A stretch of DNA of 64,000 nt from the human T2T-CHM13v2.0 reference genome, Homo sapiens, in NCBI RefSeq assembly GCF_009914755.1, contig NC_060932.1. One strand, given 5' to 3'. The notes beneath the pieces were generated by a model. The model was not told the origin of the DNA and did not search any database. It was given only the letters and a program-made list of their open reading frames with translations. Within the stretch, counting starts at the first letter, position 1. Each line of letters starts with the position of its first letter. The translations under genes were made by a program, and so were the position numbers. Shown one piece after another: positions 55,473 through 64,000 of the stretch.

Positions 55473-55714
55473 GAGGGACCAATGCTTGCTGAGATTAAAC
55501 AACTTGCTCCAAGTCTATTCACATTACACGTTAGGATGTTGTAGATTTGAACTCCAGCAGAGCTCCTTCTGACTCCAGAATCTGTATGTGTTCTACTGAA
55601 TTCTGCCAGATTTGTGAGCAGATGTGGAAAGGAGCCTGTGCTTCCTTTTATCTGGCACTGGTGATTAAGCTTGTCATATGATCACATAGGGGGCACTAAG
55701 AAATGCACTCTTAA

Positions 55715-56040
55715 GGCCAGGTGCTGTGGCTCATGCCTATAATCCCAGCACTTTCAGAGCCCAAGGTGGGCAGATCACTGGAGCCCAGGAGTTCAAGACT
55801 AGCTTGGCCAACATGGTGAAACCCCATCTCTACTAAACATACTAAAAATACAGAAATTAGCCAAGCGTGGTGATGCACACCTGTGGTCTCAGCTACTCAA
55901 GAGGCTGAGGCGGGAAGATCACTAGAACCCAGGAGGTGGAGGTTGCAGTGAGCCGAGGTCGTGCCACTGCACTCCAGGTTGGCTGGTAGAGCAAGACTCT
56001 GTCTCAAAAAGAAAAAAAAAAAAAGGAAGAAAAGAATAAA
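55715..56040 (+). mobile_element. Alu (AluJb/old AluS)
   Basis: Full dimer with A-rich tail. Confidence 0.92.
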
Positions 56041-56269
56041 AGAAATACAGGCCTAAGTATACCTCTGGTTTAATCAGTGTACATAATCTGAAGTACAGGT
56101 TTGTGTCCAGTTGATTTATCAACACCTTTCCTTGTCTCTGGAAATACCCTGGTACAAAGAAGAACATAAGCTAAGATTCTTGGAAAGAAAGGAACTTCAC
56201 ATTAACCACCAATCTAAACGAGAATTTCACCAAGTGTTTTGAAATTAAAAAGCCTTAGGGAACGGAGCT

Positions 56270-56460
56270 TATGAAGTTCTGAGTTCAAGCAGATCTAAGT
56301 TCCAGCTTTAGTTCCACCATCTGGGTCATTTTGGGCAGGTACTTTAAATTCTCTGAGTTCTAATCCACTCGTGTGAAAAATAGGCTATTAATATATAACT
56401 CATCAGGTTTTGAAAATCAAGTAATACTTGAGCAAATTGCCTATCTTCAATACCTTTGAA
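56270..56460 (+). mobile_element. MIR
   Basis: ttttgggcaggtactttaaattctctgagttc...gtgaaaaatagg. Confidence 0.65.
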
Positions 56461-57299
56461 TACCAGTATAATTACATTATTCACTCCAGAATAAATAGCA
56501 ACTTGTGATCATGAAGCATTTACACATCTCCATGACAATTTCCTTAACTATTACTCTGTTTGATGTCAGCCTTATATTGCACTTTAACGCAGTGTATATT
56601 ATTAGCCTTTTGATTGATGAGGAAATAAAGACCTGAATACATTTTGATTTGCTTACTTTTTTCATTTAGCTGACAATTCAGCCAGTGTCCCAGCTTTGTG
56701 CATTATTTTCTACCCACATCAAAATAGAAAAGTCAGGTTAAAATGCATTTTATAAGTTTTAAGTAACCAGTTGAATGGTTTACATACTTCTCCAAGCAGA
56801 AGATTGGCCAATATTACACTTTCCATGATCTACAGATATAATATGGGGACCAGTTACATGCGGCAACGCATCTATTATGAAGGATAATGAACACTGAAAG
56901 GAGATACACATTTTAATGACACTTAAAATGAGGAAATTACTGCCCTCTCTCAATAAAAAGAAACACATTTGCCCCCTTCCACCAGGCAGTGAATGGCTCA
57001 AGTTAGTTGTATTCAAAAACGATGGGGAAGGGAGAAATAATGTAAGTAATTTAAAGTCTGAAGTGACTATACCTATAACCTTATATGAACTCTTAAAATG
57101 TCTGCATAAGGTTCCAACAGGAGAAAAACTTTGCCTGTGATAGTGTAAGCCATGACTAGATCTATGCACTTTTAATTTTCAAAACTTGATGAAATGCTAG
57201 TTTACAAGAGTGACTAATTTAAAGTTTCTTTCTTTCCAAGAGTCTCAGAATGAGTTCCTTTTTCTCTTCACTTTTCTGATTCTGACATATTCTTCAGAA

Positions 57300-59430
57300 C
57301 TCGATTAAAATAATCTTCTTCAATAACATTTTTTACCTCTTCTCCAAAATTAGGTTATATTCTTTTTTGTATGTTTTCGTAATACCCTTGACTTCCCGTT
57401 TGCAACATCTTAAACAATTTCAATGAAATAATTACATATTTAAATAAATACGTATTTTAATGTGTTCTTTTTAGTTATAAATGTAAGCTCCATAAAGGCT
57501 AAAATATATCTGTGTAGTCTGTCATCATCCCCTGTGCCTGTGCCTAGACTGGTACCTGGAACATCCTAAGTCCTTAAAAATTAGTTCTCCAATGATTGGG
57601 TGAAAGAATGAATCAATAACTCTTGTTATAGAAATATGATAATTGGTAAGGCTGGTTAGAGAGGGTCACATGAAAGGGAGATAACTTGAAGTCATCTTTT
57701 ATGGAAGGCAATTAGATTCAGGGAGAAGATAGGGTAAAGGTCATATTATATCAGGCAGAAAGTGTTATGGGAAAGATGAGAAAGAAAACCTGGGCAACAC
57801 AGGAACTGTGATTTCTAACAGGGAGATACTTTGCCTCAGACTTACATGACATTTTAAAATAATATCCTGATAATGACCATTTGTCACCAATCCTCCCATC
57901 ACCACCTGACTTGAATCCACCATCATCTCCTCCCTAGACCACTACAATGGCCTCCTCATTAGAGACATTATGTATCCTTTGAACTCAAGTAACAGGATCC
58001 CCATCCAATATGACAGTGAGTTTTTACAAATGTGAATCAGGTAACCTCTCCATTGCTAAAACCTTCAATAATCCCCCATCCACACTCTCACCCATGGCCT
58101 TTTAAGCACTACCTGATGTGGACACTGGCTGCATTAATGGTCTCCCCTGTGCTCACGGCCACCCAGGCATGCTGACCTTCTTCTGTTCCTGACACAAGCC
58201 AAGTCTGTTTCCTCCTCCAAGCCTAGGCATAACATCTCTAGCTGGAAATCTCTCCCCCAAGATATTCAGAAGCCTCACTCCTCATCATTTATAATGTACT
58301 CAAATATTCTAATATTTATTTATAAATGCTTTCCCTTTCTCAACTTCACTGCATTGATCCTCTTTTATCTATACCATCAACCAATATAAATTACTTGGGA
58401 TAGACTCAGTTATACTGCAGAAACAAAACAAAACAAACATGGGCTTATCACTACCAAGCTTTAGTTCTTGCTCACTCTCATGTCCATCACAAGCCAGCTG
58501 TGGGCTCTACTCCATGTTTCCTCACTCCAGGAAACAAACTGGCAGATCATCCACCACTTTGGGTAAGAGTAAGGAAAGTCAAGCACTGGCTTTTAAAGCT
58601 TTCACCCAGAAGCAATACCTGTCATGTTTAATTGATCAAAGTGAGTCCTAAGTATATATAATATCACGAGTTCAGGTGCAATTCTATCATCTGTCTGGAG
58701 GGAAGACTGGAAGTTCTTGGTAAACAGCGTTAATAATTACCATAATCTGCTTTGTTCTTCTTAATAGTGTCTATTATTACCTGAAATGTATCCCTTTTAA
58801 CGTGGTCTCACGTAGGCAAGGACCCAATCTTTCAAATTCACTATTGGATCCTTAGCACTTTGGACAGTGCCTAGAACAGGCTGGTGATGTTTAATATTGT
58901 CAACTTGATTGGATTGAAGGATGCGATGTACTGTTCCAGGGTGTGTCTGTGAGGGTGTTGCCAAAGGAGATTAATATTTGAGTCAGTGGACTGGGAGAGG
59001 AAGACCAACCTTCAATCTGGTGGACACAATCTAATCAGTTGCCAGTGCGGCCAGAATAAAAGCAGGCAGAAGAATGTGGAAAGTCTAGACTGGCTTAGTC
59101 TTCCAGCCTACATCTTTCTCCTGTGCTGGATGCTTCCTGCCCTCAAACATCAGATTCCAGGTTCTTCAGCTTTGGAACTCTTGAACCTTCAACCACAGAC
59201 TGAAGGCTGCTCTGTTGGCTTTCCTGCTTTTGAAGTTTTGGGACGGACTGGCTTTCTTGCTCCCTCCTCAGCTTGCAGATAGCCTATTGTGGGACCTCAC
59301 CTTGTGATCATGTGAGTCAATATTCCTAAATAAACTCCCCTTTCTTTATACATCTATCCTATTAGTTCTGTCCCTCCAGAGAACCCTGACTAATACAAGG
59401 CTAGATGTTCAGTATGTATTTGTTGATTAT
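57300..59430 (+). mobile_element. L2 fragments, with a nested minus-strand MLT1 (~58385-58745) and an MLT2A
   Basis: L2 motifs (ccaccatcatctcctccctagaccactacaatggcctcct; aatgtaagctccat...; ccttagcactttggacagtgcct). Confidence 0.65.
58883..59397 (+). mobile_element. MLT2A (HERVL) solo LTR
   Basis: gtgatg...tgtcaacttgattggattgaaggatgc...gagaaccctgactaataca; 5-bp TSD AGGCT (58878-58882, 59398-59402). Confidence 0.93.
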
Positions 59431-59549
59431 TAAAGAGCTACTGAAACTGACAAGAAGGTACCAGTTGAAAAATCAGGCCTGAGGACAGGGAAAATATTGG
59501 ATGACATCTTAGAAATCTTTGTAGAACTATGATTCTACAAAGTCTAACC

Positions 59550-59740
59550 ACTTACTTATTTAACTTATTCATTAATCCATTGACCCATTGCTCAGCAAAT
59601 AAAACCAAGAAACTGTTACTGTGTTTAGTGCTGTGAAGAGGATGATGAATAGGACAGTTCTTGACCACCAGGCACTAACGGTCTAGTTAGGAAGGCAGAC
59701 AGGTAAACAAATGAATTCAATATAAAGTGATCAACACCAA
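59550..59740 (-). mobile_element. L2 3' end
   Basis: ttattcattaatccattg...cagcaaat...gatgaataggacagttcttgacc...gtctagttaggaaggcagac. Confidence 0.6.
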
Positions 59741-60450
59741 AGGAAAAATGACAGTCTCTCTCTGAATTATTGACAATGTGTCTTGTGCATCCCCCACCTT
59801 GGACTTATAATAAAAGTACAGATTTAGATCAAGTAAATAAGCCCATCAATGTGGATACTTCTTTCAGGACCTCACTTCTAACAGTGTTGTACAAATTGTC
59901 CACCAAGAGAAAATTGTTCAGTTTTCCAGACCTGAGCTTATAGATAGTGTCTCATTGGGGGAAGGGGACAAGTGGGGAGAATGACAAATTCCCTTTTATT
60001 GTGTGAAACAGAGATTTTAGAAAAATTCAACATCTGCAGCTCATCACTGGCTAAAAATAAGTGCTGCTTTGCAGTATGCCAGATGTTCCTCCTCACTGGA
60101 GGTACTACGTAAGAAATACAGTACGGTTAAGGCAGAGAATAGAAGCAATCAATGAGAAACACAGTTCACCCTGAGAATAATCAAGTCTTAACTGGGATCC
60201 CAGGCCACTCAACCAGGGAGGAATGTAAGAAATTACACTTAATCCCACTTTTTCTTTGTAGTGATAAGGACATAAATTCCCAAAAAGGACAAGGAGTCAC
60301 TTAATGATAGAATAATGGGTCCTCTTTATTTTTCTCTGCCTGAATAAACTGTAATTTTTCTCTTTTAATCGAGAGCAGTTTTTCTTTCTCGAGTTTCTGA
60401 AAGAAGCATAGTCAGATATAAGAGCAGCAAACCAATCCTAAATACTTCAG

Positions 60451-60500
60451 CACACACACACACACACACATACACGTACACATACACACACATATACACA
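60451..60500. repeat. (CA)n microsatellite, imperfect
   Basis: Directly visible. Confidence 0.9.
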
Positions 60501-61439
60501 TGGTAGGTAGACAGACAACATTTGTTAATGGGACTTGTATACAAAGCACAGCATTGGGTATTGCTATTAGCAAAGCAATATTTTCAAGTGTGATAAGACA
60601 AAAATAAGGAAATACAGAAAGCAAGGTGATTCTTGTTGTCCACAATGTAGTCCGAGTCCAATAGAGATCGTAGGTGCCGGATGCATTATGGAGTTCACTC
60701 CAACTTTATGTAAATTTAAAGAAAAACCATACCAGACTATAAAATAAGTGTAAGAAGAACCAATATATTCCTGATTTTTTCATGACAATTATGTAAATTT
60801 TTGTGTGATCTAATTTTTAAAATATATTGTATCAGACAGTCATGAAAATGTGCTCATCAGATCCTGCTACAGAAAGCATAGGTGATTGATAACCCCAGCT
60901 TCTGCCCCCACTATATCTACATTAATTAATTAGTACAGATTCACTACTGTATCTATACTGAGACTAAGTTTAGCTAATGGCTGAGCACAACAGAAATACT
61001 AATGCAAGCCCATCGGGACTCCTCCAGTAGGTGACTTTAATTTGAGGACTTCTGTCAACTCAGCTGAACCTTGCTTGGAAATGCATTGCTCTGGAGAGAT
61101 GATCAAGGTAGGGCAAGATAAACTTCAGCTAAAGAGATTAGGTGTGTCCCTCATGAATCTAATCAATGATTTCAGCAGAATTCCGGAATAGAGATGGAGT
61201 TATTTAGGAAGGATTTGGAGAGTAGCCTCTTGTCTAAAAATGTAAATCTGGGTGACATACATGGGAGGCCCACAGTATTTTTGAGAATGTTATACCAGCA
61301 GAAATGTTGACAGCTTGAACTGAAAGGGATGGAGACTAAGCAAAATGAAAGAAGTTCATCAGACTTCCAAAATTCTACAAGCAAGACACTAACAGTGATT
61401 CAATCTCCTTGCACTGAAGCCCAGCAGTGGACAAAACCA

Positions 61440-62340
61440 GCTCACAGACACAGGGCTTCAGCTTTTCAGTGCCTTCTCATTATAAAACAAAAGCAAACCA
61501 GCTACTTAAAAAAATCTCCAACATAAATGAAAGATCAAAATAGTGATACAAAAAAGAAACTGGAAGGAACTGAAATAATATCCAAATTAGGAAAAAATAG
61601 ACTACTTTTCCTCTTCCCCGACATGCATTACAAAATAACCCTAACTGGAATTAATGTTCTGAGAGAGCCTAAAGATGAGGTTGCCTGCATGAAATAAAAA
61701 CAGAATGCTTGAAAAAGAAATAATTACTAAACAAGAAAAAGCTCTGGAAATATAAAACTCTAATAGCTGAGGTTAAAATATCGTTAGAAAAGTTGGAAAA
61801 TAAGATTGATAAAATCTCCCAGAAAAGAAAACAAGAGGAAGTACATAAAGATCAGAGCATCGTCCTATGAAGTGCAGTATTCAACCAATAGGAGTTTAAA
61901 AAGACAAAGCCGAGAGACACTGAACAGGGAAGGCAGAAAAGAGGAAGTTAACAACAACAGCAACAATAAAAGATAGTACAATGTCCTAGTAATGAAAAAT
62001 ACAAGTTTGTGGTACAGTACGTGTTTAGCACTGAATGGAGAAAAGAAGTACACATCAAGCATATATTTCCAGAATTCCACAATAGCAAGGAAGAAGAGGA
62101 GACCTTTAAATCTCTCAGAGAGAAAGAAAACCAAGTCTCATAAAAAGCATCAAAAATCCTCTAAGCAATATTATTCTTAACAATAACACTAGAAATTAGG
62201 AGACAGAATGGTTTTCAGTACTTTTAATAAAAGCTTAGTTTTCTTTTATCATATCATTACAGAAAGCCAAGAGCTATTATGAAAAAGAAAAATAGTAATT
62301 ATGAAATTTCAGCATGTTATTTAGAAGTATTTAAATAAAT
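61440..62340 (+). mobile_element. Very old L1M/HAL1-like ORF1 region
   Basis: A-rich; gctctggaaatataaaa...tagctgag...gttggaaaataagattgataaaatctcccagaaa; caataacactagaaattaggagacagaatgg. Confidence 0.55.
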
Positions 62341-63499
62341 ACTAGGGAATGATTCTACAATTGTTAATGAAGCAGCCTTAAAGAAAATGAGTTGACAGGA
62401 TAGCATGGACATTTTAGGATTGTTTGTCTTTTCAAACCATGGATATGTATGTCTTCATAAAATTATAAATTAATTAAGACAAAATACCTTGCCGAAATGC
62501 AAAATATCTCCCCTTCATATGGATTCAAAGGGCCATGACACAAGTACATATTTTAAAATTTTGAATCTTTGTAAACTAGAGCTGATAAAATATTTAAGGT
62601 GAAATCAATTGAGTGGCATTGAATTTTATCTTTAAATAATCAGTTTTGTGTGTGCATTTATGCATATGTACAATATTTGACAAATTGAGCTATAATCCCA
62701 TTAAATTACTCACAACATTTTAGAAGAAACAACTTCACAGGCATTCCCCAGGTGTAGAATAAGGAAACAGCATTTTGCATTCAAAGGACAGGCTTTTATT
62801 ACAATTGATCACAGCAATGAGAACCACAAATATCAATGTGGTGGGTTGACTCCCCCCTCAGACTTGATAAAGTGGTGGAACTAATTCTGTTGTTTAAATC
62901 ATAATTCAATCATAATAGTGTGCTTAGCAAGCCAAACCAAAAAAGGGCCAAAAATGTATTAAAAGAAAAATGAATTGCAGGGAAAAAATAACAGGTAGCA
63001 TTTTCCAATGCTCAACTTTCTCTACAATGTTAACTCTCAGTTTTAGCAATTCAGTTAATTGAGGAAATAATTATATTTACTTACATTTCATAATTAAAAA
63101 TTTTTCATATGCCAAAGAAACCTTAATTTTTATATTTTCTTCCAACTGATGGACCAAAAATAGTGTTTATCTTATTTTTTGTGTTTATCATATTTTATCA
63201 TATTATGTCAGCAAACACTTATTAAGTATCTCTTACATGTCAGGCACGGCCCTAGGTACCAAGGACACACATGCTCATCATAAATGACCAGCTACTGTGG
63301 TCCAAAGTCTTCTGCAAAATGTCCCTCAGGATGCCTTGTCAATCCTTGACTTATGCTAATTTTACTAAGCCATGGATTAACTGGAATAATAATTTAGTGC
63401 TTATCTCTAATATAGCATGGGCACACCAAATAGAATGGGACTTAAGTGTGTCCCTAATGAATCCAATCATTAATGGAAATGACTAGGGAGTGTGCAAGC

Positions 63500-63900
63500 T
63501 GGGCCAGGCTTAATGCTAAGCAACTTGTTTTATGCCATTTAATCTTAACAATGATCCTCTAACATAGCTATTATTATTCCCATTTTGCAACTACATAACC
63601 TGAGGTTACAGTGTTTATTCCTCTTTTGGGGCCCAGGATTTACTTTATTCCCATTTCCCTGACCAAAGTTTGGCTCACTTCCACTTATCCTTCAGGTCTC
63701 ATTTCAATTCTCATTTCCTTGGGTATCTCTAAACTCTCTAAAAAGTCACTGTCACAGAATACCTTTATGGCAATTACTCTTAATTGTCTTTGCCTCTCTG
63801 TTTTCTGAGGTTGGGAACTGTGAATATTTTGTTCACTCTTGTGATTCTTGGGCCTGGAGCATGACATTGAACAACAAATATTGAATGAACAAAGAAATGT
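63500..63900. mobile_element. MIR (-) followed by an L2 3' fragment (+)
   Basis: tttaatcttaacaatg...ttattattcccattttgc; cctggagcatg...aacaacaaatattgaatgaac. Confidence 0.55.
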
Positions 63901-63983
63901 GGAAATAGAATCAGATCTCCACAACTCCAAAACTGAGGCTTTAACCTGCAAACTCATTTCAATACCCTTCTACTATTAGTGAC

Positions 63984-64000
63984 TGATATGGTTAGGCTTT
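63984..64000 (+). mobile_element. Start of a THE1/MST MaLR LTR (runs off the window)
   Basis: tgatatggttaggcttt; only 17 bp are visible. Confidence 0.6.

Noticed and set aside
60640-60710. Short patch with three CpGs, considered as a small RNA gene
   Set aside because: No tRNA cloverleaf, A/B boxes or recognisable snRNA/snoRNA motif.

Overview
This is AT-rich, repeat-dense primate genomic DNA. AluY, LTR12, young L1PA and THE1 elements point to a human or other ape origin. I found no credible cellular protein-coding gene, tRNA, rRNA or CRISPR array. The longer ORFs in the track fall in L1, Alu or LTR sequence, and the short ones look like chance ORFs. The window is a nested record of transposon insertions: L2, MIR, L1M, L1PB and L1PA fragments, about ten Alus, DNA-transposon relics and many LTRs. 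Several insertions keep readable target-site duplications (TSDs). The most unusual structures are: (1) a three-LTR tandem THE1 element (LTR-int-LTR-int-LTR, 37809-41676) whose middle LTR looks like a different subfamily; (2) a perfect 20-bp hairpin inserted across its first LTR/internal junction; (3) several locally templated inverted-copy insertions resembling repair scars; (4) a decayed ERVL provirus with a recognisable protease motif; (5) an intact 1.67-kb LTR12 solo LTR with 11 CCAAT boxes; and (6) three well-formed non-coding + strand exon candidates that could belong to an LTR-driven lncRNA. I see no evidence for a new protein-based system. Subfamily names come from recalled consensus sequences. 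Boundaries of old repeats are approximate (tens of bp) unless a TSD is quoted.
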